A stretch of DNA of 64,000 nt from Candidatus Woesearchaeota archaeon (GCA_018303485.1 JAGVYC010000014.1:425-64424), one strand, 5' to 3'; counted from the first letter of the stretch, positions 50,818-60,859 are shown. The notes: generated by a model from the sequence alone, not told the origin. Program-made: numbers and translations.

Positions 50818-52227
50818 TTAGCTTCCTCCCATCATCTTTCTTAAGGCAGGATGCATATCCATCATATGTTGCTTGGCAATGTCTTCATATAATCTATAGA
50901 CAATCATAACAGCTAATAAAATGCCAGTACCCCTGCTTAAAGCACCAAGCAAATCAGCAGATGCAGCCAAGAAACCAATTACAGCACCACCCATAATGGT
51001 TAATGGCATTATATATCTTGATAGTAATTGTTCTATTACTCTTGGATCTCTTCTAAAACCAGGTACTTGTAATCCAGATGCCATGATTTGTCTTGCTTGG
51101 CTTGCAGCATCCATGCCAGATGTCTGCACCCAGAATATTGAGAATATTACAGCCCCAACCATCATAAACAATGCATAAACACCAGCCTGTGCTAATAACA
51201 ACCAGTTTAATCCGCCAGATTTTATTATGCCACTTACCAAATCAGGTCCAAAAATCCATGCAACAAAACCACTATTTGGTACATTGCCAACAAATGTTCC
51301 TAGTATTGGCCTGCCCCAGCTTTCCAATAGCCTAGCCCATAGTTGTATGTTCGCCATTAAAGCAGCTATTAGTATGACTGGTATATTTGATGTATATAAA
51401 AAATTCAATGGCCATCTCATGCCATAACCCCTTATTTTTCCAAATGATAATGGTATCTCTACTTTCATAGACTGAACATAAACAGAAATAACAAAAACAA
51501 CTATTGTTGCAATTATAGCTGCAATAGCTAAACTCGCTCCCTGTATGTTCCCTTCAATTATGGATTTAAAAAATACCCATACCTGGCCAACAGGATCTCC
51601 ACCACTTCCTAAAGCCCATGTTCCAACAGTTGTTAAAGGTGAAAATGCTCTTATCACGATTTGGCTTGCAACACCAGCAACAATAAATAAGCTTATTCCA
51701 GATCCAAATCCCCATTTGCTTACCACTTCATCCATAAACAAGATTAATAAACCTCCTAAAATCAATTGTGCTATTAAAACAAACTCCATCAATCTAAATG
51801 TGCCTGGTGCCAATGCAGGATTAGGAGATAAACCACCCATTAATACATAAATAGAACCTTCAAATATTATGAAAAATACAGCCAAAATTTTTTGCAAGCC
51901 CTGAAAAAATACTCTTCCTTCATGTGTCGTGGTGTCAAATTTTACAATTTTAGAACCTTGTAATAATTGCAAAACAATAGATGCTGTTACCAATGGACCA
52001 ATACCCAAGGATATTATGCTCCCAAAACTTGCGCCAAGTATTATAGATAATTGTTCAAATTGTTGCAGTGCATTTTGACCAAGCCCAAATAGTGGTATTA
52101 TTGATAAAACATAAAAGGCAACAAGCATTATCAATGTCCATTTCAATTTTTCTTTAAAACCAAGCCTTTTTTGTTCTGGTTTTTTTACTTCTGGTAAATT
52201 GCTTAATATTGCCTTGAAATTAACCAT
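50818..52227 (-). CDS. secY: Preprotein translocase SecY
   Basis: LGIGPLVTASIVLQLL, KWGFGSGISLFI, YTSNIPVIL, PGFRRD, GTGILL. Confidence 0.97.
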   Translation of the reverse strand: MVNFKAILSNLPEVKKPEQKRLGFKEKLKWTLIMLVAFYVLSIIPLFGLGQNALQQFEQLSIILGASFGSIISLGIGPLVTASIVLQLLQGSKIVKFDTTTHEGRVFFQGLQKILAVFFIIFEGSIYVLMGGLSPNPALAPGTFRLMEFVLIAQLILGGLLILFMDEVVSKWGFGSGISLFIVAGVASQIVIRAFSPLTTVGTWALGSGGDPVGQVWVFFKSIIEGNIQGASLAIAAIIATIVVFVISVYVQSMKVEIPLSFGKIRGYGMRWPLNFLYTSNIPVILIAALMANIQLWARLLESWGRPILGTFVGNVPNSGFVAWIFGPDLVSGIIKSGGLNWLLLAQAGVYALFMMVGAVIFSIFWVQTSGMDAASQARQIMASGLQVPGFRRDPRVIEQLLSRYIMPLTIMGGAVIGFLAASADLLGALSRGTGILLAVMIVYRLYEDIAKQHMMDMHPALRKMMGGS

Positions 52228-52228
52228 G

Positions 52229-52645
52229 TTATTGTTTTATTATTACTTCTCCTCCGGCATTCTTTATTTTTTCAATTGCATTATTTGATGCACTTTTAAC
52301 AATAACCTTGATTTTCTTATTAACATTGCCTTTGCCTAATAGCTTGCCATAGCCATGTTTGCCCAAATCGATTTCATTACCTTCAAATCTGTCTAGTTCG
52401 CCTGTATTAATTACATTTAAGTCTTCTTTTATTTTCAATCCGCTATGTCTGACAAAACCATTCTTGCCAAAATAGCCAGGGCCATAAACCTTAAGCACAA
52501 ATGATTTTCTTTGGTCAGCCCTTTTTCCACTTCCAGCCATTCCAAAACCACCTCTATTGCCAGAATTTCTGTGCTTTTTCTTTGAGCCCCATCCATGGGT
52601 TTTGTACCCTCTAAATCTAATGTTTTTCTTTCTTTTTCTAATCAT
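52229..52645 (-). CDS. rpl15: Ribosomal protein uL15
   Basis: THGWGSKKKHR, GGFGMAG, KLLGKG, AIEKIKNAGG. Confidence 0.95.
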   Translation of the reverse strand: MIRKRKKNIRFRGYKTHGWGSKKKHRNSGNRGGFGMAGSGKRADQRKSFVLKVYGPGYFGKNGFVRHSGLKIKEDLNVINTGELDRFEGNEIDLGKHGYGKLLGKGNVNKKIKVIVKSASNNAIEKIKNAGGEVIIKQ

Positions 52646-52646
52646 A

Positions 52647-53123
52647 TCAAATCATCCTTTGTATAAGCTCGTTTATCTTTGTACTTCTATATCCCAACGC
52701 CCCGCCAACTGAAAATGGCTTTTTGATTCCATATCTTTCAAATCCCCCCTTTGGTGGCTTCAATTTAAAGTACTGTTTTAATCCAGGTACATCTCTGAGA
52801 TTCTTCTTGAGTTCAAAAAATTCTTTTGTAAATTGCCCATAATCCATTTTGCATTTATTTTTCAAGTATTCTTCATTTAATGGTTTATTGCCGACAATTT
52901 TCCCTCTTTTTTCTAATAATAGTCTGAATGTTTCTTGGTCTATCTCACCCCATGTAATATAATCTTTAACCTTGTTAATCATTCCAATAATAGAGCTGGT
53001 ATTTGCAGCAATAATGCACCCATTTTTCTTGTAGAGCCTTAGCATTTTCATAGTATCTTCTATATCTCCCTTTATTTTATTAGATCCTCTTACTCTTACT
53101 ATGGCTATCTTTTTATTTTCCAT
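52647..53123 (-). CDS. rpl30: Ribosomal protein uL30
   Basis: IAIVRVRG, KDYITWGE, LKPPKGG, GGALGYR; start ATG 53123. Confidence 0.93.
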   Translation of the reverse strand: MENKKIAIVRVRGSNKIKGDIEDTMKMLRLYKKNGCIIAANTSSIIGMINKVKDYITWGEIDQETFRLLLEKRGKIVGNKPLNEEYLKNKCKMDYGQFTKEFFELKKNLRDVPGLKQYFKLKPPKGGFERYGIKKPFSVGGALGYRSTKINELIQRMI

Positions 53124-53125
53124 AT

Positions 53126-53869
53126 TTATACAATGCCCAGTCGTTTTATCTGGTCTTCTTTTATCTTGGTTTTTGATAATTCTTTTAATGCAGCAAAGCA
53201 TGCTTTAGCTAAATTCATCTTTGTGCCTGTCTGCCCAAATGTTTTTGAGTAAACATCTTTAATACCTGCTAACCCGAGTATCTTCTTGCATTCTTTTTCT
53301 GTAACTAACCCGCTGCCTTTTGGGGCAGGTTTTAACTCAATAATAACACTACCTGATTTTCCTCTAACCTTAAATGGTATTGAATGAGGTTCTCTGCATC
53401 CACATTCCCAGCTTCCACAGCCTCTTTTAATAACAATAATATTTAGTTTGGCATCCCTTAATGCTTTTGTTCTTGCAGGTACAGTTTCTTTTGCCTTGCC
53501 CTTGCCTAATCCAACATAACCATTTTTATTGCCAACAACAATAAATGTTGAAAATTTCGGCTTGTTTCCCTCTTTTGTTTTTTTCTGTGTTTGTTTCCAG
53601 ATGCTTCTCTTTCCGCCGCCAAATTTTCCTTTCGACTGGCCAACCTCTATGAATTCTGAGTTTAAATCAGTAATAAAAAAATCAACTATATCAGCTTCTA
53701 AAATTCTATAGCTGTTTTCTAAGATATATTTCAAATCAGCAATATCCCCTCTTTTTACCCTCTTTCCTAAATCTGTTTTTGGCTCCCACGATCCTTTGTT
53801 TAATGACCTTACTGTTCTATCAGCAATTTCTTCTTCTTTTTTTGCAATAATAATTTCTTCTTCAACCAT
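53126..53869 (-). CDS. rps5: Ribosomal protein uS5
   Basis: WEPKTDLG, VGNKNGYVGLG, RGCGSWEC, PAPKGSGL. Confidence 0.95.
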   Translation of the reverse strand: MVEEEIIIAKKEEEIADRTVRSLNKGSWEPKTDLGKRVKRGDIADLKYILENSYRILEADIVDFFITDLNSEFIEVGQSKGKFGGGKRSIWKQTQKKTKEGNKPKFSTFIVVGNKNGYVGLGKGKAKETVPARTKALRDAKLNIIVIKRGCGSWECGCREPHSIPFKVRGKSGSVIIELKPAPKGSGLVTEKECKKILGLAGIKDVYSKTFGQTGTKMNLAKACFAALKELSKTKIKEDQIKRLGIV

Positions 53870-53870
53870 T

Positions 53871-54425
53871 TTAACTCCTTAAAATATTATTTTTTGCCTC
53901 ATCAAATTTTTTTTTCATGTCTTCTGGCTTTAGATTCAATTTGGCATAATTTCCAAATCTTTTTGTATATTCTTCGTTGTTTAGCATTTTTGCATATTTA
54001 GCTACATGCTCTCCGTTTATTCTTGCTTCAGTTGGAAAAATATCGGGATTATGTGGTATTTTTAACCCGCCGTTCACCGCACCATTTAGCACAGCAAATA
54101 AAACACCACTATGAATTGCCTTTTTTAAACCGCTATCAAAAATAGCTTCTTTAAAGTTTTTTTTCTTTGCTTTTATAGCAACCAGTAGGCCTAAAAGGTA
54201 GGCAGCGCTAATATTTGTTTTGCTGTATAACCATCCGTATCTTTTTAGTTCATTTGAATGTGCTGCAATTAATACAACATCGCCGTCTTTTTTGTATTCT
54301 ATTATCTGCAATATTATATTTTTTAATGACATTCTTGCAACTAATCTTAGCTTGCCGGACTTTATCAGGTTTAACCTGGCGTTGTAGTCTGTTCTACTTT
54401 TTCTTCTTCGTTTGTATTGCGTCAT
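53871..54425 (-). CDS. rpl18: Ribosomal protein uL18
   Basis: RRRKSRTDYNARL, NISAAYLLG, GGLKIPH. Confidence 0.95.
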   Translation of the reverse strand: MTQYKRRRKSRTDYNARLNLIKSGKLRLVARMSLKNIILQIIEYKKDGDVVLIAAHSNELKRYGWLYSKTNISAAYLLGLLVAIKAKKKNFKEAIFDSGLKKAIHSGVLFAVLNGAVNGGLKIPHNPDIFPTEARINGEHVAKYAKMLNNEEYTKRFGNYAKLNLKPEDMKKKFDEAKNNILRS

Positions 54426-54876
54426 TTTTCTTTGTTACTAGTTTATTTTCTTCTAAGTACAGCTTAAGGTGGCCTTTGCTTCTAAAAAACCCTCCTCCTG
54501 CTTTTCTGTAAACACCTCTAAAATCTTTTTTGGACAAGTAATTCCTAATCTTTAAAAGCCTTAAATGTCTGCGTTGGGATCTAATCTTATGGATCCATCT
54601 ATCTTTATCTTTTAACCTTGATGTCCTCTTGCCCTTCCTTGAGCCTTTGCCCTGTCTCCTTCCCTTTCTTTTTTGCAAAAGCCTTTTTTTGAATCTTAGG
54701 CTGCTGATGCCAATTTTATTCCTTGCAATTATTGCACCATGGCTGATTAATCCGCGAATATCATCGCTTGTTATTGCTTCTTTAATCTCTTCCAATCTAT
54801 CTTGGTCAAATACAATCTTGCCCTTCCCGACATTCAAAATCCTTGCAGCCAGCAATTTTTTGTTTCTTAAGTTCAT
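54394..54876 (-). CDS. rpl19e: Ribosomal protein eL19
   Basis: LAARILNVG, AITSDDIR, GSRKG, W..KIR.QR. Confidence 0.95.
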   Translation of the reverse strand: MNLRNKKLLAARILNVGKGKIVFDQDRLEEIKEAITSDDIRGLISHGAIIARNKIGISSLRFKKRLLQKRKGRRQGKGSRKGKRTSRLKDKDRWIHKIRSQRRHLRLLKIRNYLSKKDFRGVYRKAGGGFFRSKGHLKLYLEENKLVTKKNDAIQTKKKK

Positions 54877-55415
54877 TTTGCCTTCATCTCTAAAACCTTC
54901 TTTTTCAATTCCTTTTCCTCTTCTTTTGTCTGCTTTTTTTCTTCAGTCTTTTTTTCAGCAATTTTTTTGTCAGGCTTTCCCTTTTTGGTATTTTCTTTTT
55001 TCTTTTTTATTGAGTCTTCAGCATTCTTTACGAATTCATTAGGATTTTCTACATTTGAAATATTTATCTTCAGCTCAACAGCCTTTTTTGCTATATCCAG
55101 CCTTTTCTTCATGCCCACTGTTTTTCCAATCACAGCACAGCACCCTTCTTTGACATTTAATAAATCATTAACATTGTGAACTAAGACTTCCCTCAAACCA
55201 TTATGATTTAATCCCCTGACAATTTTCGGTGAGCCAAAACCAGGATTAGGCATGCTAATATGACCAGCCATGCTTTGTCTAATCTTTGAATGAATCCCTT
55301 TGGCTCTAATCCATTTCTTTTTTAATTTCTTTATTTGAAAGTCCTGTCTAAGAAAAACTGGTTTTTTCTTTTTGATTATGCTTCTTAATTCCAACATTTT
55401 TTTAAAGTCTTTCAT
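54873..55415 (-). CDS. rpl32e: Ribosomal protein eL32 with Lys/Glu-rich tail
   Basis: KKPVFLRQD, W.RAKGIHSK, GFGSP, VHNVNDL. Confidence 0.93.
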   Translation of the reverse strand: MKDFKKMLELRSIIKKKKPVFLRQDFQIKKLKKKWIRAKGIHSKIRQSMAGHISMPNPGFGSPKIVRGLNHNGLREVLVHNVNDLLNVKEGCCAVIGKTVGMKKRLDIAKKAVELKINISNVENPNEFVKNAEDSIKKKKENTKKGKPDKKIAEKKTEEKKQTKEEEKELKKKVLEMKAK

Positions 55416-55957
55416 TTTACCAATTTTCCATTTTTGTCAGTTATGTAACATCCATCTTGGAATACTCTTTTATCCCTTCCTCTTACTTTTGTAAGCAGTT
55501 CTATTTTTCCGGCCATTTGGCCAACTTTCTCTTTGTCTATTCCTTTAATTATAATCATATTACCTTCAATATTAACACTTACACCTTCTATAAGCTTGGT
55601 TTTCCTTGGTATCTTCTCGCCAAGAAAATTTTTTATTACAATCTCGTTTTTGTCAATAATTATGCTCATTGGGAAATGGCTTGAACATGCAATTACCTTG
55701 TATACATAGTTTGATTTGATGCCCTTAAGCATATTTTTTATGTGTGCGCTAAATGATCCTATGAGTCTTTTCTCTCTTTTTGTACCCATTGCAGATTTTA
55801 TAATGATATAATCTCCTTCTTTGACAATGCTGATTTTTGGATAAAATAATACTCTTTCAATCTTATTGTTTCCACAGCTAGCGCGAACCACTCTATTGTC
55901 TATATCAACATTAACGTCTTCAGGTATGCCTATTTTTTCTATGATGTCCGATTTCAT
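55412..55957 (-). CDS. rpl6: Ribosomal protein uL6
   Basis: SHFPM, KNFLGEK, DKRVFQDGCYI. Confidence 0.95.
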   Translation of the reverse strand: MKSDIIEKIGIPEDVNVDIDNRVVRASCGNNKIERVLFYPKISIVKEGDYIIIKSAMGTKREKRLIGSFSAHIKNMLKGIKSNYVYKVIACSSHFPMSIIIDKNEIVIKNFLGEKIPRKTKLIEGVSVNIEGNMIIIKGIDKEKVGQMAGKIELLTKVRGRDKRVFQDGCYITDKNGKLVK

Positions 55958-55958
55958 T

Positions 55959-56342
55959 TTAATAACAATAACTGATTAGCCTTCCTCCAATGCCGAGTTC
56001 TTGTGCTTCAATATGAGTCATAAGACCCTTGGAAGTTGAAACTATTAAAAGTCCAAAACTCTTTGCAGGCAGGTATCTTTTTTCAAATTTCTTAAACCCT
56101 GTTTTTTCAACAGAGAACCTCGGTTTTATTACGCCGCAGTTATTTATCTTGCCTGCAAGCATAACTTTGACAATGCCACCTTTAGTGCTTTCAACAATTT
56201 CATATTTGTCAATATAATTATTTTTTTTCATAATGTCCAAAACATCTTTAATAATTTTTGAACATGGTTTTGAATAACATATTCTCTTTCCAACCATTTC
56301 TCCATTCATTATGTTTGATAACAAATTTGCTAAGTTGTCCAT
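55959..56342 (-). CDS. rps8: Ribosomal protein uS8
   Basis: INNCGVIKPRF, YLPA, IVSTSKGLMTH, IGGRLISY. Confidence 0.95.
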   Translation of the reverse strand: MDNLANLLSNIMNGEMVGKRICYSKPCSKIIKDVLDIMKKNNYIDKYEIVESTKGGIVKVMLAGKINNCGVIKPRFSVEKTGFKKFEKRYLPAKSFGLLIVSTSKGLMTHIEAQELGIGGRLISYCY

Positions 56343-56347
56343 TTTTA

Positions 56348-56578
56348 TCAGCTGTATTTTTTAAATCCAATAGATTTTGCGAAATCCCTAAAACATCTCC
56401 TGCATGTATTAACTCCATACTTGCCAATATACCCGCGTGTGCTTCCGCAAAATCTGCAGTGTTTGGTTGATTTCCCAAATTTTCTTTCTTTAGGAGCATT
56501 ATGTTTTATAAATTTCTTTAGTTTAGCCGGTTTGCTATTAAGCTGCTTAAACTCTTTCCGGTAATCGCTCGTAGTCAT
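56348..56578 (-). CDS. rps14: Ribosomal protein uS14 (Zn type, N-terminal extension)
   Basis: CRFCG...CRRCFR...GFKKY. Confidence 0.93.
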   Translation of the reverse strand: MTTSDYRKEFKQLNSKPAKLKKFIKHNAPKERKFGKSTKHCRFCGSTRGYIGKYGVNTCRRCFRDFAKSIGFKKYS

Positions 56579-56580
56579 AT

Positions 56581-57081
56581 TTAATCAACAACCTCCACAC
56601 CATAACCTTCGGCTATAAATTTTATTGCATCATCTTTTGTTATTATGTGTTTAATGCCGATGTCTGTTTTTCTTACAGACCTGTTTTTAATCCTGTATCC
56701 AGGCCTTTTTAATGTAACAGCAACTTCCAGGCCTATTATTCCTATAGTTGGATCATATTTTATTTCAGGTATTTCTATATACTCCTTTATGCCAAAAGAA
56801 AGGTTGCCGAATTTGTCAAATTTTTTTCTGCTAATTTTATTGTTCATTGCCTTTAACAATCTTTTAAGCAATAAGTTCGCCCTTTCTTTTCTTAATGTAA
56901 CCTTGCACCCTATTGGCAGACCAGGCCTAATACCCCAAGTAGGTATTCTTGTCTTTGATTTTGTTTGTACAGGTTTTGCATTGCTTATTGAACTTAGTAA
57001 TTTCATAGCCTTTTCTAATTTATCCCCTGGTTCTCCAGCGCCTATATTCAATGTTACCTTATCTATCTCAATTTTTTTCAT
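56581..57081 (-). CDS. rpl5: Ribosomal protein uL5
   Basis: KVTLNIGAG, WGIRPG.PIGCKVTLR, FD.FGNLSFGI. Confidence 0.96.
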   Translation of the reverse strand: MKKIEIDKVTLNIGAGEPGDKLEKAMKLLSSISNAKPVQTKSKTRIPTWGIRPGLPIGCKVTLRKERANLLLKRLLKAMNNKISRKKFDKFGNLSFGIKEYIEIPEIKYDPTIGIIGLEVAVTLKRPGYRIKNRSVRKTDIGIKHIITKDDAIKFIAEGYGVEVVD

Positions 57082-57775
57082 TTTCTCCTCTTACACCTTT
57101 ATCAATAATATAGCAATAATCCTTTAATGTTTCATAAATACCTTCTTTATCCTTAAATATAACAGTAGATTCGCGCATGCCTTTGTATTGATTAATCTTT
57201 TCTATTGTGCCTATCTTTCCAATGTGTTTGCCGGATATTAATAATACCCTTGCACCTTGTTCAAGTCTTAGGTGTTTTTTTATCTTTTTTGAAACAAAAT
57301 CAAAAATTATAGTATCTCCAACCTTGTAAACATCTTTATCAACTATTATGTTCCTTCCGTCAATAAAGTTTAATTGCGGCTTATTTCCCTTTAAAGTGTT
57401 TTTCCCAATTATTTTGCAGAATTTATAATTAGAGTCATCTTTGTCTATTTTTATTAGTTTTAAATGCCCATTTTCATCCAACATTATCCTATAATGTTCA
57501 TTTGAATCTACAACATCAATAACATCCATTAATCCTACAGAAAATTTGTAATCACTTACAGCTTTTTTATCTATAAGCAGCTTTTTGTTGTTTAATATAT
57601 ACTTTACCTCTTTTCTTATTTTTGCTGATTTTAAAAATTCTTTCAGTAGGAAATCAACAGTTATGCAACCATCTGTCTTATGTGGTCCTGGGCTTGGTCT
57701 TGTTATAAATTTCTGACCCTTACGTTCAACATGCCAGAACTTCGGCATGTACAATCTCTTAAGATGATTTTTCAT
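57068..57775 (-). CDS. rps4e: Ribosomal protein eS4
   Basis: HLKRL, RPSPGPH, VGLMDVI, DGRNI, GKHIG. Confidence 0.95.
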   Translation of the reverse strand: MKNHLKRLYMPKFWHVERKGQKFITRPSPGPHKTDGCITVDFLLKEFLKSAKIRKEVKYILNNKKLLIDKKAVSDYKFSVGLMDVIDVVDSNEHYRIMLDENGHLKLIKIDKDDSNYKFCKIIGKNTLKGNKPQLNFIDGRNIIVDKDVYKVGDTIIFDFVSKKIKKHLRLEQGARVLLISGKHIGKIGTIEKINQYKGMRESTVIFKDKEGIYETLKDYCYIIDKGVRGENEKN

Positions 57776-58158
57776 TTTTTAACATTCCTCTCCAGCATAG
57801 CTCTCCTTTTTTTATCATCAGTTTTTAATTCAATTATCTGCAAGTTTGAAGGATGTATTGGATAAAACCTCTTTGTTCCATCTTTTCTCACAATTTCAGC
57901 GCCTTCAACATAAACCCTTATATTATGCATATCAACCTTATTTACAACGCCTGCAATTTTTTTAAATTGTCCTCTCATGATCTTTACCTTATCACCTTTT
58001 ATCACAGGCACATTTTTTTTCTTGTATAGTTTTCTTATTTCTTCGCTAAGATTGCAGGAGATAAACTTCTTTCTTAAATGCAATGGTGCATTTTTTACAT
58101 ATTTCCGTTGTTTCCTTGGATTTCTGCTCGATTTCCAATGAAGTGATATTTTTTTCAT
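57772..58158 (-). CDS. rpl24: Ribosomal protein uL24
   Basis: PRKQRK...APLH, GDKVKIMRG, PIHPSNL. Confidence 0.95.
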   Translation of the reverse strand: MKKISLHWKSSRNPRKQRKYVKNAPLHLRKKFISCNLSEEIRKLYKKKNVPVIKGDKVKIMRGQFKKIAGVVNKVDMHNIRVYVEGAEIVRKDGTKRFYPIHPSNLQIIELKTDDKKRRAMLERNVKK

Positions 58159-58165
58159 TTTAATT

Positions 58166-58567
58166 TTAAGCTATAATCTTTGCTAGTTTTGCTACATTCG
58201 GCCATCTGCCACACGCCTCTTTTGCTATTGGCCCTTTAAACAATGTCCCCTTTGGAGTACCTTTATCATCTTTTAATACAACAACAGCATTATCTTCAAA
58301 GCATACTCTTGTTCCATCAGGTCTTCTGTAAGGCCTTCTTTGTCTTACCACTATTGCAAACACAACCTGCTTCATCATGTCAGGTCTGCCCTTTGTTACA
58401 GTACCTATGACTAAATCTCCAATGCCTGCGCTAATCCTTCTTCTCTTTACAGATTTGCCACCTTTTTTTGAGAATATTTTTATTTCTTTAGCCCCAGAGT
58501 TATCACAAACATTTACTCTAGATTCAGGTTGCAATGCCCTTGTTATATTTGCTGCCATAGCCTTCAT
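58166..58567 (-). CDS. rpl14: Ribosomal protein uL14
   Basis: DNSGAK, YRRPDG.RVCFEDNAVV, GPIAKEA. Confidence 0.96.
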   Translation of the reverse strand: MKAMAANITRALQPESRVNVCDNSGAKEIKIFSKKGGKSVKRRRISAGIGDLVIGTVTKGRPDMMKQVVFAIVVRQRRPYRRPDGTRVCFEDNAVVVLKDDKGTPKGTLFKGPIAKEACGRWPNVAKLAKIIA

Positions 58568-58890
58568 TTTTTGTTTACCTCAATTATAACAAAATTTTTT
58601 GTTTTTGATATGGGTCTAGACTCTATTATCTTGACTTTATCCCCGACAGCTGCTTCAATGCAGTCTGGCTTGTGAACCTTTAACCTCGATCTTCTTTTTT
58701 CATATCTCTCATATTTTCTTAAATACAACAGCCTTGGCCATTCCACAGTTGCTGTCTTTTGCATGCCCATTTTTATTATTACACCCTCAAACATTCTTCC
58801 TCTTACAACCAGCATGCCATGGAAAGGGCAATGTTCATCGTTGCATGCCTTTTCTGGTTGCTTTACTTCCAAGCCGATATTTTTTTTCAT
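58564..58890 (-). CDS. rps17: Ribosomal protein uS17
   Basis: CPFHG, KYERYEKRRS, RPISKTK. Confidence 0.96.
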   Translation of the reverse strand: MKKNIGLEVKQPEKACNDEHCPFHGMLVVRGRMFEGVIIKMGMQKTATVEWPRLLYLRKYERYEKRRSRLKVHKPDCIEAAVGDKVKIIESRPISKTKNFVIIEVNKK

Positions 58891-58912
58891 TTTATTTTAA
58901 TCAAGCTCTTTA

Positions 58913-59185
58913 TTATGATAGTCTCCTGATTCTTTTTATTCTATCTTCAGGCCTGTTAACGAGCAGCTTCCCATTTATTTCATACAAATGCCCTTTGTGT
59001 TTTATGCTGATTACAACCTGATCCTTTATCAATTTCTTTACAATATCTTTATTTTCAATTGTTATCATATTTTTTGTTTCATCAATGATTTTGCCATATA
59101 ATCCTATGAGGCTCTTGTTCTTGGCATCAACGATTCTTATATGTGAGCCTATTAATTCATGCCTTAGTATTTCTTTTCCCATCAT
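58913..59185 (-). CDS. rnp1: RNase P protein subunit Rpp29/Pop4
   Basis: HELIG, G.IIDETKN, RPEDRIK; canonical operon position. Confidence 0.92.
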   Translation of the reverse strand: MMGKEILRHELIGSHIRIVDAKNKSLIGLYGKIIDETKNMITIENKDIVKKLIKDQVVISIKHKGHLYEINGKLLVNRPEDRIKRIRRLS

Positions 59186-59186
59186 T

Positions 59187-59495
59187 TTACTCTATTGAAA
59201 TTGACTCCTTGTTAAACCCTAATTTTATCAATTCTGCCTTTACCCTTTCTGCATGGCTTCCTTGCAGTTCAACAACATTATCCTTTAATGTCCCGCCACA
59301 AGCGAGCTTTGATTTTAAGCCCTTAGTTATTTCTTTAAGGTCTATATCCTTTGCATTTATTCCTTGGACAATTGTCATCATTTTTCCAAATTTTATTTTT
59401 TCAACTTTAATCCTTATTTTTTGTTCTTCTTTTGCTATTTCTTCGCAAACACACAAATCTTTTTTTAAACCACATATTTTGCATATGTCTATCAT
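59187..59495 (-). CDS. sui1: Translation initiation factor SUI1/aIF1
   Basis: CKICGL..DLCVCEEI, LKSKLACGGT, ELQG.H. Confidence 0.94.
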   Translation of the reverse strand: MIDICKICGLKKDLCVCEEIAKEEQKIRIKVEKIKFGKMMTIVQGINAKDIDLKEITKGLKSKLACGGTLKDNVVELQGSHAERVKAELIKLGFNKESISIE

Positions 59496-59698
59496 TGCTT
59501 TTTATCCACCTCGGTTAGTTTTGTATTTATTCTTGCAACAGTTTTTTTCAGCTCCCTTATTCTTCCAGGATTCTCAGGCACAGTTTTTATTGCAATTTGG
59601 GCATTAACCTTCATAAGTTCCCTTCTTAATTCAACTAGCTTGTTTTCCAGATCTCCCTTTTTCATGACCTTTAATTCATTCTTTTTTATTATCGCCAT
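59492..59698 (-). CDS. rpl29: Ribosomal protein uL29
   Basis: MAIIKKNEL...ENPGRIRELKKTVARINT; start ATG 59698. Confidence 0.92.
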   Translation of the reverse strand: MAIIKKNELKVMKKGDLENKLVELRRELMKVNAQIAIKTVPENPGRIRELKKTVARINTKLTEVDKKQ

Positions 59699-60449
59699 CT
59701 TTAGGCTCCTTTTTATTTCTCTCTGCCTTTTTCTCAGCTCCATCTTCAGGCCCTTCTTTTTTTTCTTCAGATGCTGTTTTATTTTCCCTTTTATTTTCCG
59801 TCTTTTTTTTCTCATGTACTTTTTCAGCAGTTTTTTCTTGAATTTCTGTTTTTTCTTTAACCTTAATATTATCAGGCAATATAACATCAGGTGGTATGAT
59901 TGAAATTTTAATTCCTATAGTCCCTCTCTTGAGGTTTGCTACTGTATTAGACCTTAAAACATACGATGCTGAAACATCACCTGATTTTTTTAAATGGCCT
60001 GCTGAAAATCTCCAGCTTTTTGCCCTTGCGCCAGGAACACCAACACCACCTATTACAATTTCAGCACCTATTGCACCAGCATTCATTATTTCTTTTAATG
60101 TATTATACCCTAAAAATTTAAATTTATCAGAACCAAATTTTTCTAATGAATATACAATCTTATCTGCAACAGCATTTGGATCAAGCATAGGATTTTCTAT
60201 GTCTCCCATTTCAATTTGCGGATTATCAAGATTAAACTTAGTTTTTAATATTGAAGTTAGTGCTTTGATATTTTCTCCCTTTTTGCCGACAATTAAACCA
60301 GGCCTTACATTATAAATTATAATCTTATCTCCCAAGGGCGTTCTTTTTATGTCAATCCTACTGTACCCTGCTCTTTTGAGAAATAAAGAAACAAACCTTT
60401 GCACTTCTAATTCCTTTAGCCTTTGGCTTATGAATTTCCTTTCAATCAT
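59676..60449 (-). CDS. rps3: Ribosomal protein uS3 with charged tail
   Basis: RTPLG, RPGLIVGKKG, AGAIGAEI, GTIGIKISI. Confidence 0.95.
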   Translation of the reverse strand: MIERKFISQRLKELEVQRFVSLFLKRAGYSRIDIKRTPLGDKIIIYNVRPGLIVGKKGENIKALTSILKTKFNLDNPQIEMGDIENPMLDPNAVADKIVYSLEKFGSDKFKFLGYNTLKEIMNAGAIGAEIVIGGVGVPGARAKSWRFSAGHLKKSGDVSASYVLRSNTVANLKRGTIGIKISIIPPDVILPDNIKVKEKTEIQEKTAEKVHEKKKTENKRENKTASEEKKEGPEDGAEKKAERNKKEPKDGDNKKE

Positions 60450-60858
60450 TTTTTACCTCTGAAACAACAACCTCAATATGAGTTCTTTTCATCTTTATCC
60501 TTCTCTTCCTGCCCTGCCTCCAAGGTCTAGATGCCTTATTGGCAATTATCCTGCTTATAATTAGGTTGTCTGTATTCAGTCCAATATTTTTCGCATTAGC
60601 TTCAGCAGATTCTATAATATCAAGTATGTATTTGCATGTCTTTATAGGATACCTACCTGACATTATGTTCTTTTTATGCCCCAAATCTTTATTGAATCTT
60701 TTGTATGGAACAGCCATCCTTTGTTTTATTACATCATTCAGTTTGATTTTCACTTTCTTAATATGCAGGCCCCTAATGAAATTGCAAACTTCAATGCTTT
60801 TTTTTGTTGATATCGGTAAATCCCTGCCAGTAGCCTTTGCAATATTTTCATTGTCCAT
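60442..60858 (-). CDS. rpl22: Ribosomal protein uL22
   Basis: ISTKKS.EVC..IRG, GRYPIK, AEANA, THIEVVV. Confidence 0.95.
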   Translation of the reverse strand: MDNENIAKATGRDLPISTKKSIEVCNFIRGLHIKKVKIKLNDVIKQRMAVPYKRFNKDLGHKKNIMSGRYPIKTCKYILDIIESAEANAKNIGLNTDNLIISRIIANKASRPWRQGRKRRIKMKRTHIEVVVSEVKND

Positions 60859-60859
60859 T

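Noticed and set aside
59699-59887. Lys-rich N-terminal extension of uL29 in the ORF track
   Set aside because: It is an alternate frame of the uS3 tail; the real start is ATG 59698. Similar over-extensions affect uL30 and uL23.
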